A stretch of 64,000 bases of DNA from Octopus sinensis. Taxonomy: Eukaryota. Location: NCBI RefSeq assembly GCF_006345805.1, contig NC_043009.1:14446001-14510000 (forward strand). Direction: 5' to 3'. Position 1 is the first letter of the stretch; every line of letters begins with the position of its first letter. Positions 15,623-28,908 of this stretch are shown here, piece after piece. The notes beneath the pieces are model-generated. The model had not been told where the DNA came from. It searched no databases and saw only the letters and a program-made list of their open reading frames with translations. Both the position numbers and the translations under genes were made by a program.

Positions 15623-15850
15623 AGGCGGCGAGCTGGCAGAAGCGTTGGCAGGCCGGGCGAAATGCGTAGCCGTATTTCGTCTGCCGTTATGTTCTGAGTT
15701 CAAATTCCGCCGAGGTCGACTTTGCCTTTCATCCTTTCGGGGTCGAAAAATTAAGTACCAGTTACGCACAGGTGTCGATGTAATTTAATCCCTTTGTCTG
15801 TCCTTGCTTGTCCCCTCTATGTTTAGCCCCTTTTGGGCAATAAAGAAATA
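15623..15850 (+). mobile_element. tRNA-derived SINE, family B
   Basis: ggcggcgagctggcagaa...gagttcaaattccgccgaggtcgactttgcctttcatcctttcggggtcga...aagtaccag. The central domain resembles conserved invertebrate SINE domains (Meta/Nin type; assignment needs checking). Confidence 0.85.
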
Positions 15851-15852
15851 AG

Positions 15853-16050
15853 AATCGTTAGCTGGCCGGGCAAAATGCTTAGAGGCATTTCGTTCGTCTA
15901 CGTTCTGAGTTCAAATTCTGCCGAGGTCGAGTTTGCCTTTCATCTTTTCGGGGTTGATAAATTAAGTACCAGTTGAGTACTGGAGTCGATGTAATCGACG
16001 TACCCCTTCTCCAAATTTCAGGCCTTGTGTATATAGTAGAAATGATTATC
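15853..16050 (+). mobile_element. SINE family B, 5'-truncated tandem copy
   Basis: Second gagttcaaattctgccgaggtcga...cctttcatcttttcggggttgataaattaagtacc immediately downstream of the first. Confidence 0.8.
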
Positions 16051-16313
16051 AATGCACCTCCTTGTTTTGTTTTATTTCCTCGTTTAAGAGATCCTTTGGG
16101 CCCCGTTAATAATACGTTACTTTTGATTATGACTTGAATCTCAACCCTTCAAAGTAGTATCTATAAAATATACGTGAAACCGGTCTAATTATTTGACATT
16201 TACAAAATATATACTGTACACAATATGAATGCAAATACGATTTCAACGCATGGATATATTGGATGACTGAATAAGACTGCGATGTAGAAAAAAAAGTACT
16301 AAATACGCAATTA

Positions 16314-16566
16314 GGCGCAGGAGTGGCTGTGTGGTAAGTAGCTTGTTTACCAACCACATGGTTCCGGGTTCAGTCCCACTGCGTGGCATCTTGGCAAGTG
16401 TCTTCTGCTATAGCCTCGGGCCGACCAAAGCCTTGTGAGTGGATTTGGTAGACGGAAACTACTGGGCTTACAAAAGAATAAGTCTCGGGGTCGAGTTGCT
16501 CGATTAAAGGCGGTGCTCCAGCATGGCCGCAGTCAAATGACTGAAACAAGTAAAAGGGTAAAAGAG
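16314..16566 (+). mobile_element. SINE family A with internal deletion
   Basis: The head and body match 4510. gacggaaact joins directly to actgggcttacaaaagaataag, so the middle part is missing. Confidence 0.85.
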
Positions 16567-16925
16567 TAATTATTCGGCATCAGCATGTATATTTATTTGT
16601 TACAATTCATTACAAACTTATCGTCTGCATCAAATCGACCTCTAGATATCACCGCCATTTTAATATATTGTTTTACCCTTAATTCGCTTTAGCAGTTATC
16701 TTCAACTACTTTTAATCGATCTGTTGTTAAGACCGTTTATAATAATATTATTAATATATTTCTGTTTTGGTGTTGGGGTAAACATACAATATAATAGTGA
16801 ATTATTTGAGAAAGATTATTATCAATTTACCATAGAAAATTATGCGTAAATGAATTTTTTTCTTTTTCTGTTTTCTTAGATAGAAACCCTTACACATACA
16901 TAAACAGAAGCACACATAGCAACGT

Positions 16926-16961
<36 letters not shown>

Positions 16962-17584
16962 TCACACACACACACACACACACACACGCACGTACACACA
17001 CATACACACACGCGCACTCAACACGCACTCGTGCAAACACATACATGCGTGCACATACATTTAAGCACATAAACACTGATAGGCAAAGAAGGAGAGAGAA
17101 AACCCCAGAGAAACACACACATAATATATATGCCCATAGTTCAATCGATAGATATCCAGATAGAACACATTTTTATAAATTCAGACAACGAAAAAGAATA
17201 ACTCTAACATACATCAAACACAACGAATAGATATACACTGATATGACAAAAGTGTAATTGGGAAGGGTCACCTAAAATAGTTTTCTTCAATATTCTCGAA
17301 TTTTCCATAACAATGTCTTTCCCAGTTTTGATAGTTATTCCCAAAACCATTGAATTACGAGCCGTGTCCTTATTAAATTTCCTCAGAGACGCCGTTAGAT
17401 GTCTCTTTCGGCGGCTCCTGTAAAATATCACTTAGACAACATTTCCATTCCTGATCAAAAGCGGGATATTTAAGCTTTCATTTTAACAATCAAATTTTAT
17501 CAAATCTTACTCCCATAGGACCATGAATCTTGTTAAGAAATAACGCAAAACATTTTCTAAGCTATCAGGCAAATGTACTATACA

Positions 17585-17911
17585 AAACATAGATATGGTA
17601 AGAAGTTTGTTTCCCAACCACATGATTTAAGGCTCCGTTCCACTGCGTGGCACATTCGACAAGTTTCTTCTATAGCCTCAAGCTAACAAAAGCCCTGTGA
17701 GTGGATTTGGTAGACGGAAACCGAAAGAAGTCCGTCGTGTGTGTGTGTCTGTTTGTATATATCCATGTATATGTTTATGTGTGTGTGTGTGAATATATAT
17801 ATATATGTATATATGTATATGCATATATATATATATATACGTATATACACATATATACATTTATACATACACATATATATGTGTGTATATCGTGTATATA
17901 TACATGTACGT

Positions 17912-17954
<43 letters not shown>

Positions 17955-18170
17955 TGTAAATATGTGTGTTGCGTGTGTGTTTGTGCTTGTGTTTTCCCTC
18001 TTCACCGCTTGATAACTGGCGCTGGTGTGCTTACGTTCCCATAAAAGAAAGAGGCCGATAGAATATTACCAGGCTTAAAGAAAAGAAGAAAGTACTGAGG
18101 TCGATTCATTCAAGGCAGTGCCCCAGCATGGCCACACTCAAATGACTGAAAGAAGCAAAAGATAAAACGG
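17585..18170 (+). mobile_element. SINE family A, diverged, with expanded internal microsatellite
   Basis: ccactgcgtggc...gtgagtggatttggtagacggaaac...gaag, then a TA/TG tract, then ccccagcatggccac...aaatgactgaaa. Confidence 0.7.
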
Positions 18171-18595
18171 TAAAAATTTGGAATTGATTATCCCCCAACT
18201 AGCGTCATTTATTTCAAACATCCAACTGCCTATAGAGCGAGGAGGAAGCTCTAACTGGTAGCTGAAGGTACTTGAAATAACTACTAAATGTCACACAACT
18301 CACACTGGATCAAGTTAGATATGAAGGACCTGGATAATGAAGCCTCAACTATACAGTATTCTGTAAATAAGACGAGCTGGTGATGGTGGAACATTACTGA
18401 TCATAGGTGAACTTGATTAGAGTACACCTGAATTAAACAACTATAAAAATGATATTACCACAAATAACCATTAATTCCAACGTCTTAAACATGTTACACA
18501 TACCGAAAATAATAACGTTGTTGTTGAATATGTATGATATTAATAGTTTGTACAGTATTTACTACACATAGAACAAAATGTAAAATGACTGACAA

Positions 18596-18660
<65 letters not shown>

Positions 18661-20419
18661 ATATAAAGCGTTATCATGAAGTTATATATTTTACCGAAAG
18701 AAACAACGTTTTTGTGCACGCAATCACAAATTGATCCATTATGGATAATACCTTTTCCACTTCTGATCTTTCCAAAAACAAATTATAATGAGACATAAAA
18801 AATACTGGCTCATAAACACAATAAAAGAAGTCAAATTTTTTGTGTAGTTTCATTAAGAACACAAACAAACTTTTTCTTTGAATAGCATTGCCTAAAGCAC
18901 CATCCTAATAAAAGACTATATCTTTCCCATTCACTCCAGAGACATCTCTCATTCCCAATAGCGATAACGTCAATGGAGTCTCTATTTTAAAAAATATATA
19001 AAACGGCTTGGATGCTGGGATTAAATAAGTACAGAGGAACAGGTATTCGATAAACTGGGTGGTGGGGGTATGATGATATATCAGTCTGTGAAACTGCATT
19101 CTATGCCATTAACGACTGTATGTGGAGCATACTAGCATCATAGACGTATGTATTGTATTTAGTGTTCATCCCTACTGTCAAATGAGTGTAGATTTGCTCG
19201 ATCAGGAATGATTTGGGGGCTACTCAATATTATAAACATAGCGTATCTAATCCACCCAAGTTGGTGTTTCCATATTTTGGCCATAACTTAATATTATACT
19301 GAATTCTTTTCTTATTAAACATACTTGCTAAAGTTTTACTGTCTAACATAATATGTTTATAAAATATTGTTCCCTATTAACCTTAACATCAGGTATGAAA
19401 CATATTTGATATTTATATCTACTCTATATTTCGATCTGCAAAATCACGATCATTACCAAATGTTTTTATTACTAGATTTTAGACATACTGCCAGACTAGA
19501 TTCGAGCTAGAAACCTTTATTTCTAAAGGTTTATAACATTGCTATTCAGTAGATCATTAACAACTGTTTGAGTTCTGATGATGACTTGAGATCAAACTAT
19601 TGAAATACAGTGTAGATGTAATTCTTAAAAAAATATTTAATCTAAAAAAATGTGGTTAGGAATTCTAAAATATCTGCAGAAGTATTTTTGGTTTCCGAAT
19701 ATCGTCTGAAAATCTCCACTAGTTTTCTACTCACGAAGCGATAACACTGACCAAATCATCAGCTTTCTAAATAATCTTATCTGAAATCGGACATTTAATC
19801 AACTATTATCGAATCTGTTCCAAGTGAATTAAGTAACTGATGCTATTTAAAATTCCTATAAATAACTTTCGTGCGTGAGTCAGCTAATACTTCAAATCAA
19901 GTATATATTTGGAAATCTGCTAGTTTTAAGCGAAGCACAAAACAGATTTGCCTACATTGTGACCCTTTTGGAACAGCAAAACAGATGCTTGAAATAATGC
20001 ACCTCGATATATTTGTACTCGTTTATCCTTCAAGCAACCCCACCTCAACCAAACTTCAAGTAGTTTACTTTTAGCTGTGATGCAGCAATACAGATGAAGT
20101 CAACTACCATTACCAATCAAGAGATGAATAATCAATATTACAACACCAACTAGCACCAGTTCGTTCTTTGAACAGCCTCAAGACATTTCATCATCCCAAA
20201 TTACAGATGGACCAAATGATATTTTGCGAAGAGAATTTCTATTATTTGTGAAGAGTTTTCAATCCCATGATATTGTTCCACATAAAACTGATCAACAAAG
20301 GTTCAAAGAAAAAGTGGGGAGAGGATGATAGAGATGTAGCCTCCTGAAACAAGATGACCTTTAGCGAGGTTTTCCTGAACACTGAGTGCAAGTGGCCTCT
20401 CCAATTCCTTCTCCTCGAC

Positions 20420-21100
20420 TCACAGGTCTACACTTAGAGAAGTACCAGCCAGTCTTGCCGTTTTCGCAACTTTCCAATATACTCACTTGAAGATAGCACT
20501 TCCCTCTCTACCCGCAACTTCTTTTTCAAGTGAAATTTAAAGTCAATGAGAGTTCTACCAAAGAGGAATGTATCTATCCACATGCCTTTCAGCCTTGTCC
20601 ACCAAACAACTTCTTTTGCCGCGGCCACAAGGTAAAAGAAAGCTGCCTTCTTTCCTGATTGAAGGAGGGTGGCGGGAATATCGTCACTACAGACTCGGCC
20701 ATTAATGGGATCCGTCCCACACGTGAAAGCTGCTGTTTGACATAACCCCACAAGTCAGCAATGCCAGGACAGTGCATAAGTGCGTGCAGAACGGTTTCGT
20801 CACTTTGCGCTCTCCTCGAATAAGACCATCTGTCAGCTCATACGTACCTGTAGAATTTTTATTTCGACCCTGTGGTGCCCCCCGTTAGCACAGCCAGGTC
20901 AAGGATATCTGGAAATTAGCCATGATAGTTACCGACCGGACAATCCTTCGGAACAGACTCGCCAGTTCGTGTTTGTCGATGCCCAGAGTCTTCCCGAGAA
21001 CGTCGTTGCACTTGCTCGCCACTAATACTCTATACATTTCTAAATCGGAGCATTCACCCACCCCACCGCTCAGCTGGTGGAGGGCTGTGAGCACCTGGCG
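20420..21100 (-). mobile_element. Tx1/L1-clade LINE ORF2 C-terminal fragment (zf-RVT region), degenerate
   Basis: The minus strand gives ...ETVLHALMHCPGIADLWGYVKQQLSRVGRIPLMAESVVTIFPPPSF / AAFFYLVAAAKEVVWWTRLKG...KLRVEREVLSS. Confidence 0.78.
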
Positions 21101-21279
21101 ATAATCTGGGTGCCAGAATAACAATAAGAGAACAACGCATACCATCAAAATGACACTAGGTTACAAATATACGAAACCCATTATATATAAAAATTATGAC
21201 TAATTGTCTGATAAGGATACACCAGGCACATGCATCACAACCATTTGTGCGCGACATAGAGACCTCCTGTCAAGATAAG

Positions 21280-21364
21280 CAGCGCATCATCATCATCATC
21301 ACCACCACCACCACCACCACCACCACCACCACACCACCACCACCACCACCACCATCACCACCAC

Positions 21365-21420
<56 letters not shown>

Positions 21421-21545
21421 CCCTCATTATTATTATTATTATCATTATTATTACACCGACTCCAGCTGGGTTCTGGGGTCGGTGTAATTGACTAGCCAAT
21501 TGCACAAAATTTCAGACCCGTACCTTCAGTAGAAAGGATCGTTAA

Positions 21546-21578
<33 letters not shown>

Positions 21579-21583
21579 TATTA

Positions 21584-21635
<52 letters not shown>

Positions 21636-21700
21636 ATTATTATTGTTGTTGTTGTTGTTGTTGGTGGTGTTGTTGGTGTTGTCGTTGTCGTTGTTATAAT
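21280..21700. repeat. Compound trinucleotide arrays (ATC/ACC/ATT; AAT/ATT/GTT) with an embedded SINE-B tail at 21470-21545
   Basis: Direct reading. Confidence 0.85.
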
Positions 21701-21701
21701 G

Positions 21702-21930
21702 AGGGCGTCTAGCTGGCAGAATCGTTAGCACACCGGGCGAAATGCTTAGCGGTAATTCGTTTACCGTTACGTTCTGAGTTCTAATTCCTCCGAGGTCGAC
21801 TTTGCCTTTCATCTTTCCAGATTCAATAAATTAAATACAAGATGCGTACTGGCTCGATTTAATCGCCTGGCCCCCTCCACCAACATTTCAGAATTTGTGC
21901 CTATAATAGAAAGGATTGTTATTGTTATCA
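21702..21930 (+). mobile_element. SINE family B
   Basis: agggcgtctagctggcagaatcgttagcacaccgggcgaaatg...gaggtcgactttgcctttcatc...agaaaggattgttattg. Confidence 0.8.
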
Positions 21931-22258
21931 TTATTACTATCTTTTTAAATATTTCTTTACGGAATGAAAATTACATTACAAGACAATAGTTTACATAAAC
22001 TTTGTTTCTATGTGAATAATATTGCTTTATATGTGTTGATATGCATATATGTCGATGAATAGTGATATATAGCCTAAAACTCAGTTTCTCAGAAATTAAT
22101 ATGAAACTACATTTCGAAGAAATTTATTGGAATGTTGGTAGATAAGAACAGAATCTGTAAGCATGACATACAAATATGACGGATATCAAATGATAAGCAG
22201 GGATGCGTGTGAGTTTGCATGGCTATGTATCTATGTGTAGGCACATATAAGCACGGAA

Positions 22259-22297
<39 letters not shown>

Positions 22298-24454
22298 TGG
22301 TTGTGTGTATGTTGACTAACATACACACTGCGCGCGCGCACACACTCTCAGACAAACGCCCACAAAGATATATAAATGCGCAAATGTACTTCTGTATATT
22401 TTTGATCATTGGACTACAGCCAAGTTAAGAAGCACCTATCATAACATTTATCGATGAAATCAAGTCCAGTACATATTTTTAAAAACATCTGTTGCATATT
22501 ATATCGATTCTTTGTCCCGAACCGCTACGTAAGGTGGTAACAGAAAAACAAATTAATGTTGCCTGTCAGTAGTGAGAGATAAAGGAAAAACCATACTAAC
22601 ACATACATACTGATAGATATAGAGATACACACAAAACACAGAGACAAAACCACACAGACACACACAGATACGTGGGGTATCTGTGCATTTTTCTTCTTCC
22701 TAATTCACATATATGTTGCTCGTGGATCAGCGGCTATTGTGAAATGCACTTACACATAGTGGTATATGTACATCGAACCCGGAGCCTGAATGCACCAATA
22801 CTAGCATCAACACACACGCACACACACATACACACACATACACACACACACACACACTCACATAGAGTCACACTCACACACTGACTCACATCAGCTGGTC
22901 GGGCTACTTGCACCTACCAATGTTTCATCAGTGTACGCTACGACTGGAAACGACAACAAAAATTCCGTAACTGAACTGGTTGATCCTGGCTGTTAACAGT
23001 TGCTTCGTCTTTCACCTCACTTTGGATCTAATTATATTCGCAAATGACTCAATAAGTTAATCGACCGAAATAATTCACACCCCCCATGCATCTCACGATC
23101 TCATCATAACTCTGGATTTGCTGGTTGCAAGGTGCTAAGCTTTGTATAGGGGCTACCCGTCGGTTGGTCCACAGTTATTTATTCCCATATTCAAAGAAGA
23201 TTTCTCTTTCGTGCTAATTAACCTTAAAACTCGGAAAGGTGTTACTAGTCCGAGTTACAGTAAATCTGGGAACAATAGTGGTTAAGAAGTTATTCTACAC
23301 TCTTTCAAAACCCCCGACCTCTCGAACCAGGTCACCATTTGTGGACGTAGTTTAAAGTAATTTCACAGAACATACATACATAGAAAGTAAAAAAGATACC
23401 CATCAAAGAGAGAGGTTGAGTAATATATGGAAGTGTGATATATAAAATTGATGGAAGAGAAGCAGAGAATAACAAATTCATAAAGACGTGAGGAAATAAG
23501 TTGCCTATTGCTGCCAAAATGCTAGAAATAAATGTGTATGTGTGTAGATATATGCACTGTAAAATGCTTTACACGAGAAAGGAAGAGAGAACATGATCAA
23601 AGTTTGACTAAATTTAACATATTTTCCATGCCCGATCGTAACCAGTTAGTCACATAATATACTCGCTGGTATTATACATTTGGCTAAATATAAAGGATTA
23701 TTTCTTTCTATGTATTTCGGATAACACGAAGCAAAGAGTAGCTTTTCTTCATGTCAGACGGCTTTTAATAATATATGTCAGTCTCATTTCGGTCGTTGAC
23801 TTTTGTTATGAAACAATCTAAAATGTATATTTACTTTAACCTGTATTCCATCGGGAATTGAATAAGTTACACCGAACCCGGAGCCATTAAACAGCATCTT
23901 ATGTCCATTTAATTCCTGTATGTCGCCATCTTAAAAAAAACAAAACAAAATTAGCAATAGATATATTTTCAAGTTCTTTTATATATTCACGAATGTGCTT
24001 CTATATTTTCTAGCAATCCTTCATACATTGTACTTTCAAATACCCCATAAATAGATTCTCACAGACTTTAGTAGTTCCAGATTTTTGTCGGTAACAGTAA
24101 AAGTTGAAATGGCCATTTTAGACTGTTCATTTCAATCCTTCTAGCATTACTTGTTTACTGCATTTTCTGAGACTAGAATCTTCTTTATCACAGAGCTGAA
24201 GATGTTTTCTTGAAAGATCACTACATCAAGATACAATAAGTATTTCTTTGATTGGTTTTGAAGAAGTACTCCTGCACATCGAGATTCTCTATAATTAAAC
24301 TTTAATGATGTTTCAGAAGTAGTATCAATAACACGTTCAAAACATATTCACATTTTGCATTTGTGGACTTTTTACAGACTTCCCTCTATATTTTGCATGT
24401 GTGATGTTTTGCTAGCAGTACAAAAGATGAGATTTATATTTATAATTTAGTTAT

Positions 24455-24665
24455 AAGACGGTGAGTTGGCGGAATCATAGCACACCGGACAAAGTGCTTA
24501 GCGGCATTTCATCCGTCTTTACGTTCTCCGTTCAAATTCTACCGAGGTCGATTTTGAATTTCTTCTTTGTGGAGTTGATGAAAGAAGTACCAGTTGAGCT
24601 CTGGGGTCTGCGTAATCGATTTCTCCCTCCTCTGAAATTGCTGGCTTTGAACCAAAATTTAATAC
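24455..24665 (+). mobile_element. SINE family B, diverged
   Basis: aagacggtgagttggcggaatcatagcacaccggacaaagtgcttagcggcatttc...gaggtcga...aagtaccagttgagc. Confidence 0.7.
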
Positions 24666-25291
24666 CTATAGTTATAACAAGTTACATTCTCATATTCGTT
24701 CTCGACTAATCCTTGCAGGTATAAGTGTAAAATATCAAAGAATTCTTCAATTCTTACTCTTGATTGTAATATTTAAGATGTACACAGTGTATATCGTTGA
24801 TTAACATTTACCAAAGGTACATAATTTTAATACTATATCCACCAATTTAACTGCTCTCCTTCTATCAAGCTATCTTTCTCATCCTTCTCATACATCGATA
24901 CATGCATACATACACACAGTCATTCATACATACATATATACATGCTTACAAACATACATAAGATCTAGGGCACACATACAGCCATAAATACATAAACATA
25001 AAAATAAATATGTATGTACATACAAACGTACAAAGTTAAAGATATAAACTGAAATCTTTATGAGAATATAGAATATATGAAGTAATAAATTACTGGATAA
25101 TTTCAAATCACATTATTACTAGTGGTTTCACCCTTCGATATCTCTGTGGGTTGGATATCTTAATGTTTGTCTGCTTGCTGATTATTAAAATCAAAATACC
25201 GATAAATCATTTTCTCAGTCTTGTAAATAATGAATCATATTTTACACTTTATTTGAAGGTTTATTTATGAGTGTATGTACATAAATATCAA

Positions 25292-26130
25292 CAGGGTAGG
25301 GCAGAGATGACAGATGTTTTCCTAATGGCTATTACCCAGCTTTAGGAGGTGGGGACATATCTCCAACAGGTACCATTCGTTCCATGGTGTCTTAGCACAT
25401 ATTTTTCTTTTCAGGTGAAGCCATGTTACTGTGGATGACAGAGCCTCGCGTGTCTGCCTACGACAGTTACGTGAAGATTAACGAGTCTACCACAGCAGTT
25501 CAGCGTGAGTTTCGGCGCCACTACATTCACCTAAATCAGGCTGTTCCCACCCGTAACACAATCTTACTTTGGGTTAATGTATTTCGTACACGAGGTACAC
25601 TAATGAACAGAAGACTGATGGGGGCGCCACAAACGGTACTGACCCCGGAAAATTTGGAACGCGACAGACAATCTTTGATACGGAGTCCTAAAAGTTTTGC
25701 TCGGAAGCTTTCCACTGAACTTGGCATCGGTGACCGATCGGTAAGTCATATTTTGCATGAAGGTCTTCATTACCACCCAAATTGGTCATCTGGCAACAGT
25801 TGAAGCCACGGGACTATGCACAGCGGTTTAACTGCGCATGTGACATGAGATGGAATCAGTTTTTGAGGCAAATGGCAACCTCATTTTGCTAATGAGAGAT
25901 GAAGCGCATTTTCATCTTAATGGCATCGTGAATCGGCAGAACTGTCGTTGTTGGGCGCTCGAAAATCCGAGAGAATTGCCTGAAAGACCACTGCACAGCC
26001 CAAATTGACGGTCTGGTGTACTGTTAGAAAATCTGCCGTCATTGGTCCTTACTTTTTTGAAGACAGTAATGGAAATGCTGTTACTTTGAACTTCGAGCGT
26101 TACATATCAACGCTAACACGGCTCCTTGCG
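25292..26130 (+). mobile_element. Tc1/mariner-superfamily transposase relic (HTH + first catalytic motifs), 3'-truncated
   Basis: ESTTAVQREFRRHY...TRNTILLWV...TPENLER...SPKSFARKLSTELGI, then LMRDEAHFHLNGIVNRQNCRCWALENPREL..RPLHSPK.TVWC...VIGPYFFEDSNGNAVTLNFERY. A cagggt-type left end lies at 25292. Confidence 0.85.
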
Positions 26131-26492
26131 CATTCGATTCAGCAGGATCACTCACCCATAAATGTCAGTCAAATTTTATGTATAGTACTACGTATAATAT
26201 TTGTAGACGAACCCGGAGGCTTGATATGTGACGGAGAAAAAGCGACTACAAAAGTCCTTTTTATACAATAATAACTTTATAATAATATATCATAATAATA
26301 ATAAAAGACAGACAAGGCATGTGAAGGAGATATAAAGGAAAGCGGAAATGTGAGAAGAGTGATAAAATGAAAACAATTTTAGTGGAATAAAGTAGTGGTG
26401 TGTGGGTTGGCTTAGAAAATATAGAAAAATATTGTTAGAAAGTAAAGCAGATAAAGAGACGAGTAAGAGAAAAGAAATTTGTAGCAGAGTTG

Positions 26493-26537
<45 letters not shown>

Positions 26538-26930
26538 ATATTTATTTATTTCTATATTTACATACATACATCCAATTACACACGCACGTGTGTTTGCAAT
26601 TGTATCTATGCATGTACTCATATATATATATGACACCCAAACGCACGCACAAACACACACACACACACACACACACACAACCACACACACACATATATAT
26701 ATATAAGCATGTGTTTAGGTTTGACACCTAGAGTGTGAGAAGAGTTGGTTGCTGGAGTTTGTGCGGGATGCCGGATTTAAGATGGAATCATCTCTGTGCT
26801 GATGTATTGAGGAAGCAACACCTGTCCCCTTATGCCCCTTAGGAATTTAATCCCATTTTTCTAAATGCAATACCTATTATATATATAATATATGTATATA
26901 TATATATATATAGATATATATATATTACAT

Positions 26931-27185
26931 ACATATAAGAGGGATGACCACTAAGTAGACATCCATTATGCTAGAAGCTGACCCCTTATGGACTTACCAC
27001 TAAGAAGTTAATGTTCTCAAGAAAATTTAGCAAACGCCAGAATGTAAGCGAGCAAGACAAATGGAAAGATACAAAATATACAGATTAATCACAAACCCGA
27101 TTTCGCTGTCACCACTTACGTAATCACTTACGTAGATGTCCGCAACTCGTCAGTGTGATCGTTATAGCAAAATATAATTGAAGAA
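26931..27185 (-). mobile_element. Short hammerhead-bearing PLE-type terminal-repeat fragment between two (TA)n tracts
   Basis: Contains the HHR at 27087-27160 and ends in the terminus also seen folded back at 12261-12320. Confidence 0.6.
27087..27160 (-). ncRNA. Type-I hammerhead ribozyme with intact core
   Basis: gatcaca-CTGACGA-gttg...cagc-GAAA-tcgg-GTT-tgtgatt. Helix I has 7 bp (one G.U), helix II is closed by G-C, helix III is a near-palindromic AUCGGGU, and the cleavage triplet is GUU. Confidence 0.75.
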
Positions 27186-27200
27186 CTATATATATATATA

Positions 27201-27514
27201 CTTTTTCTCTTTTATTCTTTACTTGTTTCAGTCATAAGACTGCGGCCGCAGTAGAGATCCAGGTTTAAGTATTTCAGTACAATGAATCAAACTAGTACTT
27301 TTTTTCAGCTTCGTACATGCACACACACATACGCAGATGAACATGCGTGCACACACAAACACATCTGTTTCTATCTGCCGAATCCATTCACAAGGCTTTT
27401 GGTCGGCCTGCCTCTATCGTAGAAGGCAAACGTCCCAGGTTCCACCTAGTGGGACTTAATTCGGAAGCATGTGTTTGGAAAGCAAAATTCTTTCTACACA
27501 GTCACCTTTGCACC
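27201..27514 (-). mobile_element. SINE family A, diverged
   Basis: acttgtttcagtcataagactgcggcc...aatccattcacaaggcttttggtcggcc...acacagtcacctttgcacct. Confidence 0.65.
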
Positions 27515-27570
27515 TGATTTGGTTCCCAATAGATTCGTCATGCAGTGAGACACATATGTAGATATTAAGA

Positions 27571-27780
27571 TATTCTTTACTACTTTAGGCACAAGGCCCG
27601 AAATTTTGGGGGAGGGGGCCAGTCGATGAGATCGACCCAGGTATGTAACTTAATTTATCCACCAGTACTTAATTAATCGACCCCGAAAGGATGAAAGACA
27701 AAGTCGACCTCGGCGGAATTTGAACTCCAAACGTAAAAACAGACGAAATACCGCTAACGTTCCTGCCACCTCGTTGCCTT
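27571..27780 (-). mobile_element. SINE family B
   Basis: tcgaccccgaaaggatgaaagacaaagtcgacctcggcggaatttgaactc on the plus strand is the reverse complement of the family-B core. Confidence 0.82.
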
Positions 27781-28289
27781 AAGATATTAAGATATTAACT
27801 TATTTATTCAACCATTTTCTGAATAACAATACCCAAGGAGATATGAACTAACCTAGTGACACTGAACTGTGTCTATTAATCTCGATCCCTCGTCACTGTC
27901 AGTACAGGGAGAGTTTGTGATAAACTGATCTTATGTATTTTGATGTTTTATGATTGAACATGAAACACTAAATTTTTGAAGAGTCTACTGCCATAAAGTT
28001 GATCCATAAAATGCTCATGTAAACTGCACTTGTAAATTGTAATTATGGAATGCAATCATGAAGTGCCACTTTGTTGAACATAAATCGCCCGAATTTTCCC
28101 TTTATTCTTTATTCAATTAATTGTTTGTTTTATTGCTTTCAAGATCGAAAAATAAATTTAGTTATTAATTAATACATTCTCTGATCTTTGCATATTCCAT
28201 CGCTAATGACGTCACATGTTCATAGTCCATATAAACAGAAGCATACGCTCATATTTCGTATAGTCAGAGACAACATTATATTCCATATA

Positions 28290-28908
28290 CTAGGTCTGAT
28301 CAATAAATATCCGGACTGTTGCCATAATAACGAAGCTAAATTATGCAGGGTAAAGCTGTGTGGCAAAGATTGACCTTGAACTCGGCTCACGTTCTAGTTC
28401 ACTTTCACTGTTTACAGCAGTGCTTGGAAGGAAAGTGCATAGTATGTGATAGCTCCATTGACCATGACAGAGAAAGTTGTCATTGGCAATATCTGCTCAG
28501 AGGCCTGTGCAAAGTTGAAAAGTTCAGTTCAGTCCATTATTACTGAAGATTTGAGTATGAGAGATGTGTCTGCCAAGTTTGTGCCAAAACTTCTTTCAGC
28601 TGATGAAAAAGACACTCGGGTTGCAGTTGCACAAGATCTCATTGATTGTGTCGAGAGCTATGAAAACTTATATAAAACTTGGCGTAGGCCTCTGAGCAGA
28701 TATCGTCAAGATTTTGACAAAATTTGATGCGCAAATTTCTCATAGTGACGATCTCACTCTACACACCTTCCTTCCAAGCATTGCTGTAAACAGCGAAAGT
28801 GAGCTAGAACGTTAAAACTAAGTGCACATCTTTGCCAAGCGGTTTCACTCTGCGTGCTTTAGCTTTGATACTATGGCAACAGTCCTGATATATATTGATC
28901 AGACCGCG
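28290..28908 (+). mobile_element. Non-autonomous mariner derivative with about 160-bp TIRs and TA target duplication
   Basis: TA|ctaggtctgatcaa ... ttgatcagaccgcg|TA, with long imperfect TIRs. The interior encodes EDLSMRDVSAKFVPKLLSADEKDTRVAVAQDL (mariner HTH-linker motif). Confidence 0.85.

Noticed and set aside
17347-17420. GC-rich stem with GAAA and CTGAGGA (possible type-II HHR)
   Set aside because: There is no room for helix III, a cleavage triplet and helix I between the two motifs. It is just an imperfect hairpin.
17272-18904. Two minus-strand AG...GT-bounded open segments (17272-17417 and 18752-18904) as host exons
   Set aside because: The peptides resemble nothing I recognise, their phases are not directly compatible, and such segments arise by chance in AT-rich DNA. 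RNA-seq or tBLASTn would be needed.
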